Source: Lama glama (Eukaryota). Taken from it: a stretch of 64,000 nt of DNA. The notes under the pieces were generated by a model. The model was not told where the DNA came from. It searched no databases and saw only the letters and a list, made by a program, of their open reading frames with translations. The DNA lies in the NCBI GenBank assembly GCA_028534125.1, contig CM052818.1, positions 33,482,001 through 33,546,000 of the forward strand. Direction: 5' to 3'. The translations under genes and the position numbers were made by a program. Below, one piece after another: positions 53,879 to 64,000 of this stretch (positions are counted from its first letter, which is position 1; the number at the start of each line of letters is the position of its first letter).

Positions 53879-54804
53879 AGCACCAAACTGTTACTTAATC
53901 CTTTAAAGTTTTCAGTGTCCCTTCATGCATATATTTTTTTATCCTCCCAGCAAACTGGCTGTGACTTTCCAGATAACGAAACTGAGGCCTAGAGATGGTC
54001 AAAATGGCTTGCCCCAAATCACACAGCTAATGTGTAGGGACTTATAACTTTCATGACATGAATGAAAATACTGTCTTCCTATTAGGTTTTTTTTTGCTTC
54101 TTTTACCTTGTAATTATCACTACAACCTACATGTGAAGTTAATGGAGCTGAAGTCAACTTCTAATCCTCAGCAGTGGTGTTACTTTTCCATCTATTTTTG
54201 ACAAGGAAATATCGGAGAAGGCAAAAGCAAAGTATTTTGTTCCCCTCCTCACACAGAGTTTACAGGGCCAGCCAAAAGATTTGCCAGAGAATCAATACTA
54301 GAATAAATCTGGAACCATAACCATCTCCAAGCAATATAATCAATCAGAATTCTCTGGGCAGAAAGAAGGCTACTGCAACCTCTAAAGTACAACCACAGCA
54401 AGCCTGCAAAAGCGGTGACCCTGATCATGAAACCCCTTCTTAATTAGGCCTCTGATGTGCATGATATTCCAGCTGGTATTATAATTGCCTCTCTATGTCT
54501 TATTTTCCCTCCAATGTTATCCATTTCTTGAGGGCAAAAGCTGCATGTTTTTTGGTTTCTTCCTCCCCTCTGACAATTCTTCCTAATCCCAGCACTTCCT
54601 CATGTTTATAATAGCACCACCATTTACCAAGCCTGCCCTTGGTATTCACCTTAGATTTTGCCTGTAAAAAAAAAAAAAATTGATAGGAAAGGGGAGGGGA
54701 GTTTCTTTGCTCTAACTTGTATCAGGCCCCACATGCCTAGGGACATTCTTAAAATGATCCTTTCCCAACTAGGTAACACCTTGATTGCCCATGGGAGACA
54801 GTTA

Positions 54805-54823
54805 AATAATAATAATAATAATA

Positions 54824-54858
<35 letters not shown>

Positions 54859-54889
54859 CATCATCATCATATATTATTATTATTATTAT
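54805..54889 (+). repeat. Compound (AAT)7(TAT)11(CAT)4 followed by a further (TAT)n run
   Basis: Read directly; matches the N7-Y11-H4 run in the ORF track. Confidence 0.97.
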
Positions 54890-55195
54890 AATAAAAAATT
54901 TTGTTTTTTGGTATGACTCTTTGACCTAAGAAACAGGATGCCTGGGCACTTCCCTGGTAGATAAGTGGCCAGCATTCCATGAAGAAAACCTTTAGTAGAT
55001 GACCTTCTTCCACTAGGGAACTCTCCCCACAGCAGCCCTTTGTGTGGATGCTCTTCATTGCTGAGATAGAAATTTTGCTATTAACAAATTATTACATACT
55101 GTTTGAGATTATTGCCTAATGAGCATTTCCACCAGAAAAGGAGCACAGAGGAAATGTTCTTTGAGGAAGAAGGAATCGGATGTTGCATTTAAACC

Positions 55196-55430
55196 AAGGG
55201 TCAGCACACTATGGCCCATGGGGCAAATCTTGACCCTCCCCACAGTGTATTTTTGTAAATAAAGTTTATTGGAACACAGCCACATCATTCTATTTACAGA
55301 CTGTCCTTGGCCGCTCTCACACTACAGGAGCAGAGTTGAATAGTTGCAAAAGAGACCATCTGACCCATAATGTGTAAACTAATTACCTGTCTGGCCCTTT
55401 ATAGAAAAAAAAATTTTCCAACCCTTAACC
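55196..55430. mobile_element. hAT-Charlie MITE (MER58A-like)
   Basis: TTTTTGTAAATAAAGTTTATTGGAACACAGCCAC..GCAGAGTTGAATAGTTGC..AGAGACC. Confidence 0.8.
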
Positions 55431-55889
55431 TAGACAGTCCAAAAGCTTACCAGGAAATGTTATCATCACTCATTGAGCATCTTGATCAAGTAAACCTCTA
55501 GGTTTCTTTCTACTGATATGTCCAGAAAGGAACGATTTTCTGTGGAAGAGCAAACATACATGGAGTGGCTGTGACCCGGATAGAGACATCATGCACTTAC
55601 CTCATGCTCCCCTGCAGGACAGAAAAATAGAAGTAAAGTTCAGGAATTACAAGCCTGCAGGGGTCAAGCAGGTAGCATAAATTTCCATAGGCCAGGTGGG
55701 GGCTGTGGTGAACTAGACAGCATGTGCCCACCTTTGGGGCAGGTCCAGCTGGGTTGTCTTGCAGGAATGTGAGCCCTATGTTACCAGAACCTCTGAATTT
55801 CCAGGACCTCCCGGAAATGTGTTCGTTTTTGTGGAATCTCCTAATATTTAAATGGTGGTAGTTGGTTAAAATTAAAAATTAAAATAGGA

Positions 55890-56430
55890 GGGCATCCACA
55901 CAAAAGCCTGCACATGGATGTTCGTAGCAGCTTGATTTATAATTGCCAAAACTTGGAAGCAACCCAAATGTCCTTCAGTGGGTAAATAGAGAGATAAACT
56001 GAGATACATCCATGCCATGGAGTATCATTCAGCACTAAAAAGCAATGAGTGACCAAGCCACAAAAAGACAGAGAGGAACCTTAGGAGAGTATTACTAAGT
56101 CAAAGAAGCCAGTTTGAAAAAGCTACATACTGTATGATTCAACTATATGACATTCATCCCAAAAAAGACAGACCCATGGAGACATCAAAAAGATCAGCAG
56201 TTCCCAGGGGCTGAGGGGAGGGTGGGATGAACAGACAGCACAAAGAGGATTTTTAAGGCAGTGAAACTATTCTGTATGAGACTATAATGGTGGATACATG
56301 TCTATACATTTGTCAAAGCCCACAGAATGTACAACACCAGACTGGACCCGAGTGTAAGCTATGGAGCTTGGGTGATAGTGATGTGTCAATGTAAATTCAC
56401 TGATTGTACCAAATATGCCACCCCTAATCA
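55890..56430 (+). mobile_element. L1 3' end (L1MB/MC-like)
   Basis: CCACACAAAAGCCTGCACATGGATGTT..ATAATTGCCAAAACTTGGAAGCAACC. Confidence 0.8.
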
Positions 56431-56992
56431 TGTTGTCTATGGATGGAAGAGGAAAAATTGAAGTATCATTATCAGAGTGGCTGCTAGGATGCATAAACTA
56501 CAGAATTCCACTATACCAAGTTACCCAAGTTAGGGCTCTCTCAACTTTCTCCTCTTTGGCCCCCCTGTCAGGGTCAGAGAAGACGATAAGAAGATTCTAA
56601 ACTACCAGGCAGGTCATTACAAAGATGCCTTCATTTATAGTGAAGTATGAACTACTGAGATTCTTTATAAACACTAAGGATTGTTGATAGCGGACAGCTC
56701 TGTCTCAGTGGGAATTTCCGCATGAACAGATCAAAATGAGAGTGAAGCTGTAGAACTTGTGACAGTCGTTAAACCCTTCATATTTGAGGTAGGATAGAAA
56801 TGGAACATGAATATATAACAATTCTTTGGGTTGAAACCAAGTCTAGCATCTTAACATTAAGAAGGCTAATTAGTTAATGTTTGTAAAGTACTGTGCAGAT
56901 ATGCCCTTTTAAAGTGCTAAGTATTCTAAAAACCACATTGTAGCATTTTACTAAATGTAAAAGGTCTAACGTTCATCATTTCTTTGGTACAG

Positions 56993-57056
56993 GTTGGCAA
57001 AGACTCCTTTGGCAATAACTATATAGAAAATTTAAAACAGAATGGTATTTCTACAG
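56993..57056 (+). CDS. RBKS: Ribokinase coding exon 3 (64 nt; VGKDSFGNNYIENLKQNGIST-E)
   Basis: Branch-point-like CTAAC at 56966-56970, acceptor tttggtacag|G, donor CAG|GTAAAA. VGxDxFG motif typical of ribokinases. Confidence 0.97.
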
Positions 57057-57948
57057 GTAAAATTTCATCTTTCTTAAAATTAGTTTTTATAACTTTCTTC
57101 CAGAATCTGGTTACAAGAAAAGTTGAATATAGAAAAGAATTATTAGATCCTCCCCTGGTGGCCAGAGAATTTTTATGCACAGCTTTGTCTAGTCTTGCTT
57201 AAGTGTCCTTTGGTTAATTCTTGCATGTATATTGCTCCAGATGGGAATAAAATGATAGGAGCTTATAAACCTTCATCTTGTAGAAATGTTTCAAAAGCAG
57301 GTGACAAGAGAAAACAGGTGCTGCATTCACAAAAGCTATTTTAAGAAAAGTCATTGAATGTCATGGCTGGAAGTGATCTTCAAAACCACTGAGGCTGATA
57401 TCATCATTTCACAAAAGAGAAAACTGAAGGCCAGATTGGTTCTGAATTTGTCCCAGAGCACACAGCTAGCTGGAGCTGGAGCCAGGACTAGAATGCAGGT
57501 CTTTGGCTCCAGTTCAAGGCTCTTTGCTGCTGCCAAAGGCTGCCTGATCAACATTTCCATTTACACGCCAGACCATAATTCTTGATGAGATGCAAAGCTT
57601 ATGAAAATGAGGAAAATCAAACAAGTGCATTTTATGAGTTTGACCTTTAATCTTTCATTTCAAGTCTGTCATTTCTTTCACCGAAGAAAAGAAATATGGT
57701 GGTCTAGAAAAATGCATATGTATGCGACTATGAATACTTAGAAGGAGTTGAAGATGGGGGTGGTTTGCTGAGTTGCTACTAATGTGGAGAAAAGGCACAA
57801 CTAAGTGAGAAGGCTTGTATTTTCCTCCTTATATAGGTGATGGGTATAAATTAGCACTAATTACTTATCTCTTTTTTATCATTCCAGATGGTTAAAGGTT
57901 AAAAAGCTTTTCCAAGGATTAGTGGTGCATTGAAAATTGTTAAAATAG

Positions 57949-58080
<132 letters not shown>

Positions 58081-59709
58081 TGAAGCAGCATTTCCAGAAC
58101 TAAAGCAGAAGCATCCATTTTCACCCTATTCCTGAGGATCTCTGGCCATACCCACCACTCCAAGGCCTAATGTGTGGTCTTTCCTACCTACATATATGTG
58201 TTTCTCTTTATTTACACTTCCCTAGTTGAGCATTCAAATACGAAATTGTCCACCCAATACATATGAAGTGGTATAGTTGCCTCAGAATAATACTTATATT
58301 CTGTAACATCCCCTTACCCTTCATGTGAACCCAGGATTGATATTTGTCTCTAAAAGCAGTTAAGTATTCACCTGTCATTTCAGTTGCACTAGGTAAATAA
58401 ATGTAAATAGATAGGTGCATAAGAAAGTTGATGAATCATATTTATAGAATATTTACTGAGCAAATGGCAGCAACCAATTACTTCTAACTTATCATTAGTG
58501 TTCAATTTTGTCTGCTCTTTAAACAGCAATCAAATCTCAAAAGTCTATATATACAACTATGCCTGTCACAAGGCCTTGCAAGAGTTGAAACATTTGTCTT
58601 TAAAAACAGTAACTTCCCTTTACCCTCAAGTAAAGTTTTCATAATTTCTTCCAACTATTTTAAGTATAAAAAAAACCTACATAGATTTTTAAAATCAGAA
58701 CTAATATTCAAAACGACCAAGCATTTCATGGAACTCCTAGGACAGAAGAACCTAGTGCATCATGGGCAGTCAGGGTGCATTGTGTCAAATTAGGATTTGT
58801 CATGATCTATCTATCTTTTATTTATACTGCAGTTTCACAACATCATTTCTCACAGAAGTTACGGGGTTTTTTAGCTCTACTTTAGTGATCTCAAAGTTGC
58901 AATAAAAACAACCAAAAAGGGTATTCCACTTTAAGGCAGCAGATAAAAGTTTTCGTTCTAAGAATAGACAGTCTGTGTCCATTACTTTAAGCTACATCTT
59001 AAGTAATTATTGCTGCCAACAGCAGCTCATTCCCTGTCTTAACCTCTTTTTTTGTGTTCTAGGGATATCTTCACATTCTGTTTCTTCCTTATCTGTTTAA
59101 CAAAATACTGTGTTTTCTGTGCAAAGATATAATTTAATATTGTGTATTGAGTGCCTATTATGGTAGACTTTGCCTGGTTTATCGTACATGGTAATGCCCT
59201 CGAGAGTATAGATTGTAGCAGAAGAGCTAACACAAATACCCTGAGAGGTAACAATGAGCTCCTTGAAATGAAGGGGTGAGTGGCAATTCTGACAAGTTAA
59301 ATTTGAGGCAAGAATGAGCTAGCCATATGGCAGTGTCCACCAGACAGCTTTAGTCTTGGGCTTTGTCACTCATCAGCCAAGGCCAGACCAGAAATGTTGC
59401 CTGGGGAGTCAGCAGGACGGGCAGCAGTTGACTCTAGCAGAGAGAATGAGGTCACTGAAGGAGAAAGGCAAGGAGGTATGCTGTCTTTCAGTGTGTGGGT
59501 TCTTTGAATTTTTCCAGTGCAGAGACTGGGTTTATGCTGAACCATCCCCACTTTATTAAGTCCTCCTTGTGGCCAACAAACACATCTGTGGTCAGATGAG
59601 AGACTAGCATGTGTTCTGCATTCAGAGGTAATTTTAGGTCACGTCTATACAAGATCAACACGAGCAGCTTGGAGCACAGAAAAGACTGCTGCCACTCATC
59701 CCTCTAGGT

Positions 59710-60036
59710 CAGGCTGTCCAATAGAATATAATGCCAGCCACGTGCGTAAGTTTACATGTTCCATTAGCCACATTTTAAAAACTAAAAAGAAACAAGTAAA
59801 ATTAATCTTAATAGATTCACTGAACTCAATATGGCCAAAATATTTTCCTGTCAGCATGTAATCAAAAATGTTCTTTAAAATTAATGAGATATTTTACCTT
59901 CTTTTCTTAGTACTCAGTCTTTGAAATCTGCTATGTATTGTACGATTGAAGCACATCTCAATTTGGATGAGCCACATTTCGAGGGCTCAGTAGCCACATG
60001 GGGCTTGTGCTCATGGCTAACATTGGACAGCACAGC
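59710..60036. mobile_element. hAT-Charlie MITE (MER33-like)
   Basis: Inverted termini GCTGTCCAAT / ATTGGACAGC; TAGCCACAT motifs. Confidence 0.8.
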
Positions 60037-60614
60037 TCTTGAGAGACCACCTGACAGAGAAAAGGCACCAACCACCACCCCGTCCCCACTTGGATTGTAG
60101 AGAGTTGGGTCCAAGTGATGAGTATGTAAGGTTCCTTAGTCCTTCTTCTGTTTGATCTGGAACAATATAAGCCAAATATCACTCTCTCTACCTTAAGTTG
60201 TTTAGTACAGTTCTTCATCTATTAGATGTTATAAAATGTGCTTTGATTTACAAAATCACTTTTCAGAATACCTTGGGGTACACATATGACACAAACTACA
60301 GAGCGTTAGTTTTTAGCATTAAGCAAGCCTAGTCCTATTTATACTCATCATTATGATACCTGTCACTTAGGATTCAGAATCTTTACCACATACATTGTAC
60401 CAGCCATTTCCATAAAAGAAAATTTTAAAGTATGTTATATAGAATTTATCAGCTAATATTCTTTGTATATAAGACTATTGATACGGCAAATCTTTTTTAG
60501 ATTTTGCTCAAGATGATCAGAATAATATGAATCTTACAGAGATGTAAAAGAAGATATATTAGGAATACAAAATTTAAACTGAATGGCTTAGAAATGTTAA
60601 AATAATACTTATAA

Positions 60615-60923
<309 letters not shown>

Positions 60924-63900
60924 TGAAAGTTAACCTTTCAAATTAAGCAAAGCCATACTTTTTCTGCCTTAAAATACTCTATCTCCCATCTGTGAGATTC
61001 ATTGTCTTCTTGTAGTTCTCAATAATGTTAGAAAACCTTACAAATAAGATAAAAAGAATATGAATAGCATTTCTGATAATCCAAAATATAAATCTCCAAT
61101 CTAGTTAGCAGAAGTAATTTAAGTAGTAACTAGAATCTTGAAGGAGCCCATTGTCCAAGATACACTCTAAGTAGTAGAATGATTTCCATTCTGAGAAACA
61201 GAGGTTAAGCTGCAGGTCACATATAATCACTGCCCAAGTACATTTTGGTAAACATTTCAAGGAATTGAAGATTAGTTCTTTCTCCTTTTTGTAAAACTTT
61301 ATTGTCTTTTCTATAAAAACAAAAGATTACTTATATGTAGCATTTTCTGTATTGTCAATGTCCTTTAAGCAGTTTTTTTGTCTTGTTTATTAATCTTGGA
61401 CTTTGGAAATTTTCAAACACACCAAAGTAGGCAGAATTGTGTAAGGAAACTCATCACCCAGATTCAGCAATCATCAGCTCATGGCTAATCTTGATTCATC
61501 TGTTCTCCCACCCACTCCCCTTCTCTCATCCCCAGCAAATAGAAAACTTTTATAAATCTAGAGAGTTTCTTTCTGTTTGCTTCTTTTTCATCACTGACTA
61601 GTGAGGAAAGCATCTTCTGAGTTAGAATCCCATTTCTGTTCCTTGTTAGCTTTGTGGTCCTAACAAAATTATCTGATTTTTCTGAGTCCTGTCTGTTACA
61701 TGCATATAACAATACTCCCCTGCAAAATTGTTCTAAGAATGAAATAAAATAAAATATGATGCCATATTTCTCAGTAAACACCAATTTTCTTCTCTCTTTC
61801 ACTTCTCTCTTTAAATTAAAATTAGGATAGTACCCTGATATCAGCACCCTCTGGTCAAAATAAAAAGTAGCCACTCTAAGACAAGCGCTTCTTTTTGATA
61901 TTGTGGCCATTGTTCTGTGATTTATATTAAGAAGAAAACAGAGAGAGAACCACATCAACTTTTCTAGATAAAACTTCTCATCAAGATACAAAACTAAAAA
62001 AAAAAGAAGAAAAATAACAGTAAATGTATGTGTGTGTGTCTGTGTGTTTATGTGATTTTTTCCAAAGCGAATAGTGTTCTCCATAGAAATAAATGGAAAA
62101 TAAGTTACTAAAATGATTTGATGGAGAATTTTTTAAATGTATGTCCTGATTTAACAAATTTCCTCTTGGCAAAACAACATGCCGTGGCAAATTCTCACTG
62201 ATACTTAATGTATTTTTAATGGACTCGAAGCTGTCAGAAAGAATTCTAAGCCAAAACCTACTTGGTTACATTTTCTCAGGGTGTCACAGTCTCAGGCTTA
62301 TGGTAGGCATTCTCTGCCCTGCACTCATCTTCATCGGGTGATGTGAATACAATGTGCCACTCCATTCATGCTCCTGTCTTTCCTTATATAGGTCAAAGTA
62401 TAGTCTCACTTAACTTTTTTTTCCTACTACCCTTTGCTTCTCAGAGATGCTGTTTCCCCTGTCCTAGTCTAATAGCCTGCTACCTACCCAGCTTGTGGAG
62501 GAAAGGTACAGCAACCACAGTTGAGGATCTGACCTTTCACAGGTGAGGCTAGAATTGCCCGGATGGGCAGACAGCCCGACTCAGGCTGTCCTTTGGGTGG
62601 GGTCCAGCAATGCTTCCTCCATCACCTGTCAGGCATCTTCCAGTTGAGGAGCTGGAGGACCTGAGGCATCAGGAATGGGTGAGGGTAGGTGACGGTGAGC
62701 CAAAGACCACCTAGCCTACGTCACATTTTTCCTGAGAGCCAGCACGCCTAAGTATTAATTCTGTGTGATCTTTCTTACATAGTCATATTGCTGTATATAG
62801 TATACCTGCACTTATCTGTACTTTATAGCTTATAAAGCACGTTCATATCTATTTGATCCTCAGAAAAACCTTATGACAAAGATATGGCGGGCATTATTCT
62901 CCCAGATTGAAGGGGAGAAGACACACTTGGAGAGGTTAAGGAATTAGCTCAACCAAGGTCAGTGTAGAAACTAGGATTCCAGACTCCAAGACCCAAGTTC
63001 TGTGTCCTAGAGCACACTTTAAATAAAGAAACTGCCACAGCCCATTGATTTCAAGGAACCCAGCCTTTGTAAAGAGTATCTCTAGAAAAGTAAAACACAT
63101 GAACTGTAACACTGTCCAATATGTAGCCTAAGCCCTGAGTGTTACTACTGCTTAAGTCACAGAGACAAGACCCTAGATTGTTTTCAGTAATGTGTCCCCT
63201 ACTCTCCCCCATAAAACACACACACACACACAAGCACACATACACACACGCGCCTCTGTCTAGAGTTCAGCTGGTCCCTATTTGGTAATTACCAGTCAGA
63301 TACAGCCTAGATTCTATACTATGAATGGTGTGTGTGTTTGAATTTAATGTATCTTCGTTCTCACCTGAGAGAAGAGGGTTTGGGAGTCAAGAAGTATGAC
63401 TTGGAATTCAGAATCAATCACTCAGCAAATCGGGGACCTCAGGCAAGTAAGTCAGTTCCTTGCACTGGACCTCAGTTTCTTCTGTGGAACAAGGGAATGG
63501 GACTGAGAGCTCTCACAGTTCTGTAATGTCACAGTGTGTGAATGGACTGATCACAGAGCAGAACGAGCAGACCTTAAAGGTCTGCTGAGTGCTGAGTGTC
63601 CTGTCCATTGCCTCACAAGGTTGCATATGTGCCAATCAGCAGTACTCCATCTATGAGAAAGATGGTAAAATCATCGTTGTCATCATCATCTGTGGATTTA
63701 TTATCACAACTCCCTTATCTGCATACTTACAAATAGTGAAGTTTGAATTAAACACAATGTATAACTGGATTACTTATCAGTTGTTAAAATACAGAGGAAA
63801 AGACCCTCTTCCATCTTTCAATAGACTGTCTCAGAAATCTCTGTCTTTACCAAAATGAAAGCATTGGTTTTAAACAGCACCGGCAACATCAAAAAATGAC

Positions 63901-64000
63901 TTGGGAGCCCTCTCAGCCACCCTCCTCTCTAGGTCACAGTGTTGTGAGGTGGGCCCGTGGCAGGGCTGGTGCTGCAGCTGCTTGTGATGAAATTATGCAG

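Noticed and set aside
56710..56719. NF-kB consensus GGGAATTTCC
   Set aside because: Single isolated site; matches to the degenerate kB consensus are expected by chance in 64 kb.

Overview
Mammalian genomic DNA, most likely a camelid, judging by Vic-1-like tRNA-derived SINEs and young L1 3' ends. The window covers the head-to-head BABAM2 (BRE/BRCC45) - RBKS (ribokinase) locus. A CpG-island bidirectional promoter sits at about 22.9-23.7 kb. RBKS runs on + with coding exons 1-5 (89, 133, 64, 63 and 165 nt, all introns GT-AG, continuous frame of 171 codons) and continues past the right edge. BABAM2 runs on - with a probable non-coding exon 1 ending at 22991 and its first coding exon at 19493-19620, and continues past the left edge. 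The rest is intron, densely filled with decayed L1, L2, CR1/L3, MIR, LTR and DNA-transposon copies plus microsatellites. Repeat subfamily names and boundaries come from my recollection of consensus sequences and are approximate. I found no convincing previously undescribed biological system. The best leads are regulatory or splicing-related: a CRE/TATA cluster and palindromic splice donor in BABAM2 intron 1, a perfect CLEAR/E-box palindrome beside a CCAAT box, a candidate RBKS poison exon and competing donor, a consensus CTCF site and several non-B-DNA motifs.
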